Assembly (NCBI RefSeq): GCF_009914755.1
Contig: NC_060928.1
Direction: 5' to 3' (one strand)
DNA: 64,000 nt
DNA from: the human T2T-CHM13v2.0 reference genome, Homo sapiens
The number at the start of each line of letters is the position of its first letter. Positions within the stretch are counted from its first letter, which is position 1. Below the pieces are notes generated by a model, which was not told where the DNA came from, did no database searches, and saw only the letters and a list, made by a program, of their open reading frames with translations. Shown in pieces: positions 1 through 13,531 of this stretch. The translations under genes and the position numbers were made by a program.

Positions 1-260
1 TGTCACACCGTCAGCCCACTGGCGTGTAGACATAATGTAGCTTAGCTTTTACATAGATAAGACCCCTATATAAGAAAAACTTAAGACAAAGATGAGGGGT
101 TCCTCCTCTTGCTTTCTGAGGATGCCCTACTTTGTATCTGGGTAGGTTTCAGTAAACTCTCTCTCCTCACTGCACTCTGCAACTCACCTTGAATTCTTTC
201 CTGCACAAGATCCAAGAACTCTTACTTGGGGTCTGGATTGGAACACCTTTTCCTGGCAAC
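1..260 (+). mobile_element. 3' part of an ERV1-class LTR (MER41/LTR8-like)
   Basis: TATA-like tatataa, AGTAAA, and the characteristic end agatccaagaactct...ggggtctggatt...cttttcctggcaaca. Confidence 0.65.
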
Positions 261-874
261 ACTCCTATTACACTTGAAATTTCAATCGTATGCCTGTATT
301 TCTTCTGTTTCAAATGTTAAAAATTTATATGTTTTCCGTGAAAAAAGAGTTGGAATTTTTTTTAAGTTTTAGCTTTTTATGGAGAAAAATTATTAACTAG
401 AAAATTAGACTATCAGAGAGACTTATAGTTTCACCTCGCTAAGATTTCATTCTCAAACATGGGCCATTACTTTTACTGGAAGTAAAAAATTATATAATTA
501 TATTGGAACTAGTGTTGAATAATTTTATTTTTGTTCACATAAAGAAACATGAATAAAATACACAATAACTATAACTTAAATCTGAAATAAGCACTAAAAT
601 TATGTGCACAGCATTCATTTTGCTATTCTGCTGCAAACAGAATATTTTCTTTTCATAGCACCTGCAGTGAAGGTCTCAAAGGAGTCTTGCATGGAAGGGC
701 ATTGAAGGGGACATGAAATTTTAACTAATACCACGAGCTCACATGCTTCAAACCCAAACTTGCTTATAACCAACCAATGTCACTTCTTAGAGAACAATAT
801 TACAGGTTTTTAGTATTGTGCTATTGTTTTTCCTTAAATTATGTTTTGTTATCTGAAATCCCAATTAATGGTTT

Positions 875-988
875 TAGTTTTTTTTTAATTTTTGTAAGAC
901 AGGGTCTTGAACTCCTGGGCTCAAGTGATCCTCCCGCCTCAGCCTCCCAAAGTGCTGGGATTACCGGTGTGAGCCGCCGCACCTGGCT
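875..988 (-). mobile_element. Alu left-monomer/FLAM fragment
   Basis: T tract followed by gaactcctgggctcaagtgatcctcccgcctcagcctcccaaagtgctgggatta. Confidence 0.85.
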
Positions 989-1479
989 AATGTTTGCTCT
1001 GGACACCATAAGACTTGTTAGCATAATCGTAAGGAGACCCTGAAAATACATATTTTAGCTGCTCCCAGAGTCTCTCTGTGTTTCTACAGGACAGTGGGAA
1101 ACTGATGTAAATAATTAAGAAGCAAATTAATTATTTGTCAGTTACGTACCCATCCTGACTTCCAGCATGGAGACTTAAATGAAAAGCAGAGGCAGCCAGG
1201 TGCCAATTACTTTTACAAGCTTCATTCTTAAGTTGAATTAGGAAAGACTAAGATGTAACCAGATGTATGTATTATCAAGTGATGAAAGTTATCTGCTTTT
1301 TAAAACACTTTTTGATTTAGTCCTCCTAATTTTCCTATGATTGCAACTCCCAAAAAGAATCATAACATAAAACCTACACCTAAGAAAATTCTGTTCTGAT
1401 GCAGGGGAAATTCATCTACTTGCAAAAGCACACTGCAGGATTGCAATTCAGATGTCAAGTTAACCTGATGAGTGATTTG

Positions 1480-1480
1480 A

Positions 1481-1508
<28 letters not shown>
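1480..1508. repeat. (AC)n microsatellite
   Basis: About 14 AC units. Confidence 0.95.
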
Positions 1509-1512
<4 letters not shown>

Positions 1513-2044
1513 TTTGTAAATTAAAAATCTGGAGCAAGCCACAGAACATGGTCCCTTTCAGAAGGGAGTGTCTTTGTTCTGCATAGCTCCTGTCCTGATG
1601 GTGTGGGCACCTCTGAGTGGTCTCTCCATTGTGCTGGACCTGGTTGCTGTAACTAACAATGGGTGGCTCTCCTGGTCTGAAATCTAAAGAGCATGTTAGT
1701 CACCTGCAAGCCTGCTCTTATTTAAAAGAGCTGGTTCACCTCCTTTTTTACATCGTCAAATTAGATCCCCTCAGAGAAATGCCAGAATGTTCAGTTGACA
1801 CATTAACGCTGAATTAAAACTAGCTACAATTTCCAACTTGCAGATGGTGGTGAGACCAAAGGTAATAACAATGAATTTGTCATTCAGCCACAAGGGATTG
1901 ATGCAGCCAATTAAGGCTACTCTCTGCCCATGAGATTCTGCTCAGGTTTTCTACTCCATCGTGACTAGGGGAGATCACCGGAAGGGATGATTTCTTCCAC
2001 TTACATCACACAGAACTCCTGCAAAGGGGTTTTCACTCCACAAA

Positions 2045-2280
2045 CACTTGTGATGGCTCTTATTATGTTCCAGACACTGCTTGAAGCCCTCTACAACTAT
2101 TAACTCATCTAATCCTCCCAACAACGCTTAATGGTGAGTTCTATTACTCCGATCACTTAAGAGGAAACCTGGATGCTAAGTAACTTGTCCAAGGTCACAC
2201 AGCTAGTGAATGGCACAGCTGGGATGTGAACACAAGCGCTGTGACTTCAGAATCCAGGCTCGCCCTGACTTTGCTACACC
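2045..2280 (-). mobile_element. MIR SINE
   Basis: Core gaggaaac...aagtaacttgtccaaggtcacacagctagt. Confidence 0.75.
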
Positions 2281-2299
2281 ACTCCTGTGCCCGAGATAA

Positions 2300-2502
2300 A
2301 GCTGGGTTTCCAATCTCCGCATCGTTCACATTTAGGGCCAAGTAATTATTTGTTGTTGGAGGCTATTCTATACATTGTAGTGTCCCTGGCCTCTACCCAC
2401 TGGGTCCCTGGAGTAACCCTCCCTCCCCTGAGCTGTGAAAACCAAAAATGTCTTCAGATACTGCCAAATATCTCTTTGGGGACAAAATCATCTCGTTGAG
2501 AT
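2300..2502 (+). mobile_element. MER20-like hAT DNA transposon
   Basis: tccctggcctctacccact...aaccaaaaatgtcttcagatactgccaaat...ggggacaaaatc. Confidence 0.7.
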
Positions 2503-2540
2503 ATCATTCTCGATGTCTATCATAGAAATAGAATGACTAA

Positions 2541-2940
<400 letters not shown>

Positions 2941-3819
2941 TCAAAACAGTCCTTCTTTTAGCTTTTATGTTATCTCTCCTTCCTAGCTTTTTTTTTTTTT
3001 TTTTTTTGGCTTAGGCAGCTAGGAAGCCCAGAGCTCTATCTTCACCTGAAGCCACAAGCATTTGAGGAATTATGTGCTCAATATTGTTAGATGCCGCATG
3101 TGCACAGAAATAGAGGAAGTTACACGGGTTTCAGCCTCGTTGAAGAAAAGCATCGACAGGGAAATTAGAATCAGTCAAGCAGCCAGAACATATGTAAATG
3201 TTACCTTATGCGGCCTGTGGGAATGAAGCACAACAGGACACGTGGGCGCGGTAGTGAGCAGGGCCGGCTCTACTGAGGAGGTCGGTGAGCAGAGTCCGCA
3301 GCGGAAAAGGCGAAGGCGACGTGACGTCCAGCAAGCTCGCCATGTTGAGAAGGTAACACGGCGAAGCCCCGCCCAGCTGGGATGGAAGGCGCCGTTGGAA
3401 GGAACGTGAGGCACAGTTGGAAGCAGGCAACGGTGGGCGTTGCAGGCTCGTGAACAAGAACAGGAAGCGTGCTCGCTTCGGCAGCGCATGGACTAACATT
3501 GGAACGGTACAGGGAAGATCAGCAGGGCCCCTGTGCCAGGACGGCACGCGAATTCCTGAAGTGTTCCAAATAAATAAATGAGTAAGAACAGGAAGTGGTA
3601 CTGGGCGTTTCAGGAATAATAACGAGCAGCGGGGAACCAGGGCTCTGCGGGGCTCATGGCGAGTTATGGAAGCTGTTACGAATCTGCCTTATGGTGAGGA
3701 AGACAGAGATCGAGGTGTTGGCAGTGAAATGGAAAGTAAGGGGTGATTAAGGGAAAATATTTGAAATTGAAGAATTGACAGGGATCCATGGTTTGTTAGA
3801 CATTGAAAATAATAACAAA

Positions 3820-4310
3820 TGTGGTAGGCTGCTTCTCAGTGAGCTCCCACTATCCCCTTTCTCCTGGGAGCCACACTGCAGTGGAAGCTCTTCCCCCAGT
3901 GTGGGCTAGACCTAGTGACTCATTTCTAATGAACAGAATATGGCAGAGTAAGGGGTCACTCTTACAAAAGAATGTGGCTTCCATCTTGGGTGTGAGTGGC
4001 CTCCGGGGAGACCCGCATAACAATGAAATGATGTCCCTGGACCAGCCAGAGAGGACCAGAGGACTGTCAGCAGTCCCATGAGCGAGCCTGGATGTGAATG
4101 CGTCCCCTGATCCCCGACGTTCAGCTGTGAGATGGCCGCAGCACTGGCCACAGCCTTGACTGCAGCCTTGTAGAGAACCTGGGCCAGAGGATGCTGCTAA
4201 GCCACGCCTGGACTCCTGAGCCACAGGGACTGTGAATGGATCAAAGTGTGCTGTTTGAAGCCACTAAATCCAGGGGGCATTAGTTACACAGCAATGGAGA
4301 AAAAGTACAA
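3820..4310 (+). mobile_element. MLT1-type MaLR LTR
   Basis: Starts tgtggtaggctg; ends gtgctgtttgaagccactaaat...gttacacagcaat. Confidence 0.7.
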
Positions 4311-4809
4311 CAAGCTTACAAGACAAAAAATAACTTTTATCTCAAACATAGGACACCAGTTTATTCAGTTTACATATTTGGAGATATGGTTTTTCTGAAA
4401 ATTAACCAAAGGGGGAATGAATAAAGAAAAAGAAACATCAAGGCAAGGAAAGGAAGAGAGCCCACATCTAATAGAGGAAATGTCGTTGCCCTTTTAGTAC
4501 AGAAGACAGAGATCTCTCTTCCATGGGTAATGGCTCTCCTGTGTTAGCCATCTACTTGCTGTCCCCAGCATTATGCAGCGACATATAACTGGACTATGTT
4601 CAGAAAATTAAAATGACATATTCAAGGTAAATATCTAGGAACATTTCAGCCCTTAGGAAGTAGAAGAAATACCTCCTGTTACAATCTCCATATTTTCTAA
4701 TAGATAATGCAACTCATTCTGCTACACATCAGCTAGTTAACTAGCAACACTTTTTCCAGTGCTGACCAGTGCAGGAGTTCTTTGAAAGAATTACTTGTTT
4801 CAAAGAGGT

Positions 4810-5135
4810 CGAAGTGCAGAGTACAATGGTGATTGCCAGGAGTTGGAGGCATGGGGCATGGGGAGAGGTTGGTCAAAGGGAGGATAGTCTCAGTCAGATA
4901 AGATGAGTGTGTTCTGAAGATCTATGTATGAGACGGTGCTGTCAATAATAATGTATTATTGTATACTTGAAATTGTTAAGAGACAAATGTTCTCACCACA
5001 AGAAAAACCAATAACTATGTAGGTGATGGATGTTAATTACTTTGACTGTGGTAACCGTTTCACAGTGCGTGCATATATCAAAACTTCCCATTGTGCGCTG
5101 TAAATATACACAATCTTTATATCTCGATAAAGCTA
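4810..5135 (+). mobile_element. Old L1 (L1MA/MB) 3' end
   Basis: ttggtcaaaggg...gtatacttgaaattg...tgttctcaccaca...actatgtaggtgatggatgttaatta. Confidence 0.75.
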
Positions 5136-5550
5136 GGATGGGAGAAGGAAACACTTATAAATCACAGCACACTTGAAGGAAAGAGGAACAGACACCTATT
5201 TCAACATGTAAGATCACAACAGAAAGAAGAATGTGAGTTCCATGAAGGCAGGCATTTGCCTTGTTCTCGTCATAGTCCCAGGCCCTGGCGCGTGTTAGAT
5301 GGTCCCTAGTGATGAGGTGAGTATAATTAATAATGGAGACTAATACCCAGGGTCCTTAACTATATGCACAAAGCAAACACACTTTATCCTCTATGTAATT
5401 CTATATTAATTAGCACTCTTAGTTTATAAGCTTACTAACCATGTCTTGATGAGTGATTCTGTTATCCAAACTTTCAAGCCCATTGCCAGAAACCAAAGCT
5501 ATTGGTCAGTGTGTTAGTGGTCTCCAGGGAAACAGGAGCAATGGGATGCA

Positions 5551-5956
5551 CGTGGTGGGTAATTTCACATGTCAGCTTGGCTGCACCAGGATGCTCAGAT
5601 ATTTGGTCAAATGTTATTCTGGATATTCCTGTGAGGGTGTTTTTGGATGAGACTGACGTTTCAATGGGTGAACATTGAGTAAAGCAGACTTCCCTCCATA
5701 ATGTTGGGGGGGCTCATCTGAGCAGCTGAAGGCCTGAATGAAACAAAGGCTGATATCCCCCAAACAAGATGTGCTTCCGTAGCAGATGGCTGCCAGCGTT
5801 AACTGCAGCAGTGCCTCTTGGTCTCCAGCCTGCTGGCCCATTCTAGATGCTGGACTTGCTAGCCTCCACAGTCTTGTGAGCAAATTCCTCAAAATAGATC
5901 TCTCTCTCTCTCTGTACATTGTATTGCTTCTGTTTCTCTGGAGAGCCTTAACACAA
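5551..5956 (+). mobile_element. MLT2-type (ERVL) LTR
   Basis: ggtaatttcacatgtcagcttggct...cagatatttggtcaaa...tctgtttctctggagagcct. Confidence 0.75.
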
Positions 5957-5982
5957 TGTGTGTGTGTGTGTGTGTGTGTGTG
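5957..5982. repeat. (TG)n microsatellite
   Basis: About 13 TG units. Confidence 0.95.
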
Positions 5983-6029
5983 CACATGCACATATAGAGA
6001 GTTTTTTGAAATAATTTTTAATTATTTTT

Positions 6030-6157
6030 TAATACTTTTATTTTAGAGATGGGGTCTCACTGTGTTGCCCAGACGGGTCTCAGATGGGCTCAAGCAATCC
6101 TCCCACCATGGCTTCCCAAAGTGCTGGGATTACAGGCATGAGCCACTGTGCCCAGCC
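6030..6157 (-). mobile_element. Alu left-monomer/FLAM
   Basis: agagatggggtctcactgtgttgccc...cccaaagtgctgggattacaggcatgagccac. Confidence 0.85.
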
Positions 6158-6159
6158 TA

Positions 6160-6446
6160 AAGAGATGTATTTTAAGGGAAGATCTGGTTCTGCAGTTCAA
6201 GTCTGAAGGCCACCTGCTGACAGAATCCCCTTTTCTCAGAGGGCGGTCGATTTTCTCTTAAGCCCTTCTTCAACTGACTGGATGAAGGCTGCCCACATAA
6301 TGGAGGGGAATTGGCTTCCTCAAAGCCTACTGATTTAAATGTTAGTCTCATTTTAAATATATCCTTACAGAAACATCTGGAATAACGTCTGACCAAATAT
6401 CTGGGTACAGTGATCCAGCCAAGTTGAGACATGAAATTAATCACCA
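6160..6446 (-). mobile_element. MLT2-type LTR, antisense
   Basis: Ends gaccaaatatctgggtac...caagttgagacatgaaattaatcacca, the reverse complement of the MLT2 5' end. Confidence 0.75.
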
Positions 6447-6821
6447 TGGCCTACATTTTTATCTGTTTGGCTGCAATTCTGTCAAAGGCTTCTGCTCTTC
6501 ATAACATTTCACTCACTAGCTCCATGAAGCCATATGATACAAACCTTGCCTGTGTAGCCTTCACTTTTTTCCAAAAGAAGTCTATTAAATGCCAATCAAG
6601 TATCTTCTCCTCCAAGCTCAGTAGCTCGGGCCTTCAACAGCTGTTCCCCATTCCGATCCATCTCCCTGAGCTACCCTGGCATTCTTATCAGGACACTGGA
6701 GGAATCTATGTATGTGCCTCTAAAGATTCAGCACCCAAACATGATAGAAATCACTGTGTTCACACTGTATCTCTATATCTGCCCATCCCTTTAAATCAGT
6801 CCAATAAACCAGATTAGAATC

Positions 6822-6913
6822 AGTAATAGGACTCAGCTGCTTTCTTTATACCGTTGATGGTTCTGGTTTAAGGACCATCAATGGTATAAAGAAGGCAGCT
6901 GAGTCCTATTACT
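6822..6913. repeat. 43-bp inverted repeat with a 6-nt loop
   Basis: Arms 6822-6864 and 6871-6913; 40 of 43 pairs are Watson-Crick and 3 are G-T. Confidence 0.95.
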
Positions 6914-7327
6914 CAGCTGCTGTGTATAAAGAAGGGAGAATGGTTTGAGGATGCTAGACATCCAGCTGACATCCAGCTAACATCCTCAAACCATTTTCCT
7001 TTAACTTCTAACCAAAATGCCAAGAAAATCAGGGGGGCAAGGTTAACATTAACAACATACGACAGACCACCTAGTGTCAGACTGTGCATGGTGTTCGCGA
7101 TAATAATAACAAAGATGAAGCTTGCCTGAGAAAAATCTTGGCCAGAATTCAGCACATCCTACCTAAGGACAGTCCATCAGAAACAGACCACTTGGAAAAG
7201 CTGAAAGTGTTTGTTTTCTGAAACCGAAGTACCTGTAGCAACCGGCCCAAGGTTCTGGAGAACAGAATTAATAAAAGGAATCAAACTTATGCTATTTTAG
7301 AAGGTTTCTTTAAGAACCCCATAGTGT

Positions 7328-7700
<373 letters not shown>

Positions 7701-7874
7701 TCAGCAGAGGGCTTTGCTTCATTCTACTCTCCAAGACCCTTACATCTAACCTGCTCCCCCTGACATCCAGGCCTCTTCATCTGAGGCCAAATCACTATTG
7801 CCATGCAGCTTAGGCTTGCATGCAATAATGACTTGCTTATACATTTTTGTAAATGTGCACTTAGGTCTAATTAA

Positions 7875-8205
<331 letters not shown>

Positions 8206-8416
8206 CCTGTGCAGATTCTTTTGGTCATTTTTGTTTGGTCCATGGTTCATTCTGTAACATTCTAAACTCTTGCCAAGCTGCAGTGAGCAGGTTCTCTATT
8301 TGCCTTCTATCTGCTAGTCATCTTTCAGTGCTGTCTATCTCTTATAGGATGGCACAGAATAACTTCCCTCAGCCACAGTTGAAGCACCTCTACACTTATG
8401 CATAAATCAGCTATAT

Positions 8417-8580
8417 ATTAGCCAGGTGTAGTGGTGTGTACCAGTAGTTCTAGCTATCTGGAAGGCTGAGACAGGAGGATTGCTTCAGCCCAGGAGGTCA
8501 AGTCTGCAATGAGCTATGATTATGCCACTGCATTCTAGCCTGGGCAACAGAATGAGACCCCATCTCTTAAAAAAAAAAAA
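8417..8580 (+). mobile_element. Alu right monomer (AluJ/FRAM)
   Basis: ttagccaggtgtagtggtg...gcctgggcaacagaatgagacc followed by an A tail. Confidence 0.85.
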
Positions 8581-9000
8581 GTCAGCTGTATGTCTGTATC
8601 CCCTTCCTCAATCCATGCCCCTATTATTGCCCTTTCCACACCAATTCTATTCCTGCCCTCCCTCCATCAGCCTCAAATTTTTAGAGCTTGCACAGACCAA
8701 ATAGTAGAGTTATCTCTCTCTACTGTATTGCTATATGAAAATGACAGACGGTGGTTTCTTTCTCCCATTTCCAGTCCCATCTTTTCAACACCTAGACAGC
8801 ACCTACAAATCCTAGGATAGAAAAGTGGAGAGTAACCTACATGGAATCCATGGAAAAGCTAGTATTTCAGAAAAAAATAAATGGGGGATCATCTAGGAAT
8901 CTCTAAAAAAGAGCATATCTCTGAAAGTTATCTCTGTCAAGATCCAGAAGAATATATCAACAATTTCTTGGTATCCTAAAGATATTTTATCCTCTATTAA

Positions 9001-9595
9001 TGTATTGGGTATCCATTGCTCCATAACAAATTGCTCCCAGCTTCACGGCTTAAAGCAACACCCATCTACTCCCTTGCATTTTGCAAGCATCAGGAATCAG
9101 GCTTAGCTGGGTCCTCTGCTTCAGCTCTCACAAGACAGCAATCATGATGTCAGCCGGCGGCATTCTCACTTGAGGCGCAAATGGGGAAGCATTTGCTCCG
9201 ACACTCAGGTTGTTAGTGGCATTCGTTTTCCTGTGGTTGCAGAATGGAGGTCCCTGTGTTCATCCAACTGTGTGCCTGAGGCCACTTTCAGCTCCTAGAG
9301 GCTGCCTGTGGCTCTTGAGGACGCCTACAGTTCCTAGATGCTGCCCACAGCTGTTCGCCACACAGGGCACCTACTTCATCAAGCCAGCAAGAAGAGTTTC
9401 TAGAGCGAGTGGACTAGCCAGCCAGAGTCTTCTAGAACATAGCATATCATGGAGCAAAACCCCAGCCCCTTTGCCATACTCTGTTGGCTATACAAAAGAC
9501 ATAGGTCCCACCCACACTCAAGGAGAGGGAATCATACAAGAATGTGACTATCAGAGTGTGGGGATTGGGACTCCACCCTAGAGCAGGCCATTACC
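9001..9595 (-). mobile_element. MLT1-type MaLR LTR
   Basis: Starts tgtatt...cattgctccataacaaattgctccc...ggcttaaagcaaca; includes cccacccacactcaaggagaggg. Confidence 0.7.
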
Positions 9596-10761
9596 ATGAA
9601 AGAAGAGAAGAAAAATCATAAGGAGAGAAGCAACTTAAACGAAAACTTGCCAGTATTAGATTGAAAAAAGGAATTATGCTGCAAAAAATCAAATCAGTCA
9701 TGTGAAAAATAAAATTTCTGAAGAATGCATATGAAATGACTGAAAAGATGAAAACAAGTCAGAAAATGACAGATGATGTACAGAAAAGAGAGCCAATGTT
9801 TGGAAAAAACTGGTGTTCCTTCAGAAAGCTGAGAACAAATGTGACAGAAGCAATAAGCAAAAAAGATGTATATAATATGTATGAAATTATATATGGATGT
9901 AAATCAAGATATCTAGATATTAGAAGAACACTTTCCACATAGGAAGCTACACCACTATGCCTCAGTTAAAATGGTGCACCATATGCAAAGGAAAAATTGT
10001 GTAAAGATAGACATCCATCCTGGAAGAGTCTGAATGAGAATGATAAGGATTGCACCCTGAGAAAGTAAGGCAGAAAACGAGCAGTTTCTTTTAGAGGATT
10101 AAGCTGGCCTCATATTCCTCCTCCTGTAGCAATAAATGCCAAGGCACAGAGAATCTTTTCTATAGACTTTTAGAGAGGAAAAGACTCATAGGCCATGAAT
10201 TTCATAACTAACTGTCTTCTGTGCAAATGTTGGAGACAAAGTTAAACAAGAATTATGAAACAATGCTTACGTCTCCCTTAAAAACTGTCTTGAGAACCAA
10301 ACTGAACAATTAGCAGCAGGAAACATATGAAAGAAGAAAGGCAATCTGTGGAATGAAAAATGTATACACTAATATATAATTATTGTAACTAGTACTAAAA
10401 GAAAAGGTAAATATTAAATCTTTAAAGAAGGCACACAATTTTTAAAATAATTTGGACCTAAAACTACAGATTAAATTACAAAACCCAAAACATCATATTC
10501 AAGTATTGACATATTACAAACCCATAATATTAGCCAGTTTGTGGGTAGCCCAAAACACACTGGAATGGAATAGAAAACCATCAACAGATTCGTGTTTCCA
10601 TAAGACAAAGGAACCAAGCATTTATGTGGAGAAATCTAAGTAAACAGGTTACCAAAATTGTCTCAAGTATAGAAAACTTCAGTAGATCAAAGGCCTTGAA
10701 AAAATTTTAAAAATCTCCAGGAAGAGATGAGCAAATTCTACCAAAACCTCATGGGATAGAC

Positions 10762-11520
10762 ATTTTTGTTAAGATACAATTCACATAACATAACATTCAC
10801 CGTCTTAACCATTTGAAAGTGTACAAGTCAGTGTTCTCACATATATCCACAATGTTCTACAACCATCACCATCAATTTCGGAACATTTTCATCACCCCAG
10901 AAACAATTAAGCATTAAACAGTCACTCCCCATTCCCTGTCCCACTAATCTATTTTCTGTCTCTATGTGTTTGCCCATTCTGAACATTTCACAGAAATACA
11001 ATCATATGCAGCTGACCCTTGAACAACACGGGGTTAGGGAAGCCAACCTTTCGCACAGTTGAAAATCTTCATATAACTTTGGACTCTCCAAAGACTTAAC
11101 TACTAATAGCCTACTGTTGACTGGAAGCCTTACGGATAACATAAACAGTTGATTAACATGTATTTGGAATGTTGTATATATTAGATACTGTATTATAAAA
11201 TAAACCAGAGAAAAGAAAATGCTATTAAGAAACTCATCAGGAAGAGAAAATACATTTACCATTCATAAGTGAAAGTGAGTAGGCTGAGGAGGAGGAGGAA
11301 GAGGAGGGGCTGGTCTTGCTGTCTCACGGGTGGCAGAGGCAGGAGAGTAGAGGAGGAGAGGCAGGAGAGGCAGCATACTCAGTGCAACTCGTATAGAAAA
11401 AAACTCCACTTATCAGTGGACATGCACATTTCAAACCCTTGAACAACCCTGAGTTGTTCAAGACTCAGCTGTAATATGTGGTCTTTTGTGTCTGGCTTCT
11501 TTCACTGATCATATTTAGTA
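10762..11520 (-). mobile_element. Old L1M 3' end interrupted by a Tigger element
   Basis: caattcacataacataacattcacc...ttgcccattctgaacatttca, then resumes atatgtggtcttttgtgtctggcttctttcact. Confidence 0.7.
11009..11471 (+). mobile_element. Tigger2a-like Tc1/mariner DNA transposon
   Basis: TIRs cagctgacccttgaacaac ... gttgttcaagactcagctg, followed by TA. Confidence 0.8.
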
Positions 11521-11684
11521 TCCATCTGTAAATTGGCATGATAAGGCCCAAGAACTATGGGCAGGCATCGATGTCCTCTGCTACACCTCTGGCATCACTT
11601 CAGTCCATTCACACACCCTCCAGTATGTGAACCGCTCCAGTAAGTTCATTTTGCCTCATCCTTAGTTTTTCAAAGTGATTTGTT

Positions 11685-12023
11685 GGAAGGAAGAAGGAAG
11701 GGAGGGAGGGAGGAAGGAAGGAAAGGAGGGAGGGAGGAAGGGAGGGAGGGAGGAAGGGAGGGAGGGAGGAGGGAGGGAGAAAGGAAGGAGGAGAAAGGAA
11801 GGAGGGAGGGAGGGAAGGAAGGAGAGAGGAGGGAAAGAAGGAGAGAGGGAAGGAGAGAGGGAGGGAAGGAAGGAAAGAGGGAGGGAGAGAGGGAGGGAAG
11901 GAAGGAAAGAGGGAAGGAGAGAGGGAGGGAAGGAAGGGAAGGAAGGAAGAAGGGAAGGAAGGAGGGAGGGAAGGAGAGAAGGATGGAAGGAAGGAAGAAA
12001 GGAAGGGAGGGTGGGTGGGTGGG
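11685..12023. repeat. Polypurine (GGAA/GGGA/GAGA)n low-complexity tract
   Basis: About 325 nt of almost pure A/G, then a short (GGGT)n. Confidence 0.95.
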
Positions 12024-12748
12024 TTAGTGGGACTAGCTATAGTCCCTACTGTGGCGATTGGTCTTAAAGCCAGAGGTGATACTCATCATTTCCGCCCTCC
12101 ACCACTCATCCTAAATCCCCTCACCTTTGGTCAGCATTGGTGCTGATTTACGTTGCTTACTTGGCAGAAAAACCCAATATTCACCCCTGATGACCAGGTC
12201 CTTGTGAGACTAAGGTTGCTGCAGTTGCACATTTATGGTTATTAATGAACATTCAGCAATAACAGGTTCCCTGGTGAATATACTAACTTCCCGATATACT
12301 CCTTCCAGCCCAGTTTTGTACCGGTGACTTTTTTTTCCATATGATAATCAGAGTCAATAAGACCCTACATGTATAGGAAGTCATTTTGTTGCCCAATGGT
12401 CTACTGGTATGAGGAGCTCCAAATGACCAGAGAGCAGCCATAGCTTCAAGTTTGGCAGAACCTCTACCTCTTTCTGGGGCAAGCATCTCCCTCCTGGGCT
12501 ATAGTGCAGCTGAGCCTGAAGTTTCAGCATGGGGAGCACCAATTCCCTGAGTCGGTCTCTGGATCTAACCATGAGAAGGAACATCCCTGCTTCCACTGCT
12601 GGGTCCTGTGCCTTGCCTGCTACCTACTGAACATCCAACCCCAAATCCTGACTATTGGTTCTATGTACAGTCCCCACCTCGAAGGTCAGAGTCCCAGCTC
12701 CACTGGATATCATTCCAAGCCTGTGTATCAGCAGCACTTTTAAGAGGC

Positions 12749-13133
12749 TGTATTAGTGTGTTAGGGCTGTTATAACAAAATACCACAGACTGGATGGCTT
12801 AAACAATGGAAGTTAATTTTCTCAGCATATGGAGGCTGGAGTCCAACCTCAGGGTGTCAGCAGGGTTCGTTTCTTCTGGCGCCTCTCTCCTTGGCTTGCA
12901 GGTGGCTGCCTTCTCACTGTGTCCTCACATGGTCACCTTCCATCTAGGAGTGTTATCTGTACCCTAATTTCCTCCTTATAAGAACACCAATCATTTGGGA
13001 TTAGGGCCCAAATGACCTCATTTTACCTTAATTACCTCTTTAAAGGCCCTATCTCCAAATATAGTCACATTTTGAGTTACTGGAGATTAGGACTTAACAT
13101 ATTACTCTTGGAAGGACACAATTCACCCATAGC
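12749..13133 (-). mobile_element. MLT1A/B MaLR solo LTR
   Basis: tgtattagt...agggctgttataacaaaataccacagactgg ... gacacaattcacccatagca; near-TSD gaggc/gaggt. Confidence 0.85.
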
Positions 13134-13531
13134 AGAGGTCATTCCAACATTCTGTCTTGGCAGCAGGGTCCGGGTGATGTGACAATGTTATTCCCCCTGT
13201 CACACATCCTTGGGCATAAGGAGAATTCCTTGATGCAAAGAGATCTCACTCAGTGTCCCATGATGATAACTCTGGCACTCGATGAAAACTGGGTAGTGCT
13301 GGCAAAGGCACCACAGTAGGGAAGGCATGTCTGGAATACATGTCAATACCCCCTCTCAGTTAAAAGTGTCCAATGTAATCAGCTCGACACGGCATGGTGG
13401 TTTGGTCTCCTTGGGGGCTGGTACACAGTGAAGATTCAGTATCCATCTCTGCTGCTGACGACGCAAGCATTCTGCAGTGGCAGTCGCTAGATCAGCCTGG
13501 AGGGCAGGGAACCCATGCTGTAAGGCCCACG

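Noticed and set aside
11675-12067. Glu/Gly/Arg/Lys-rich ORFs
   Set aside because: Translation of the purine microsatellite.
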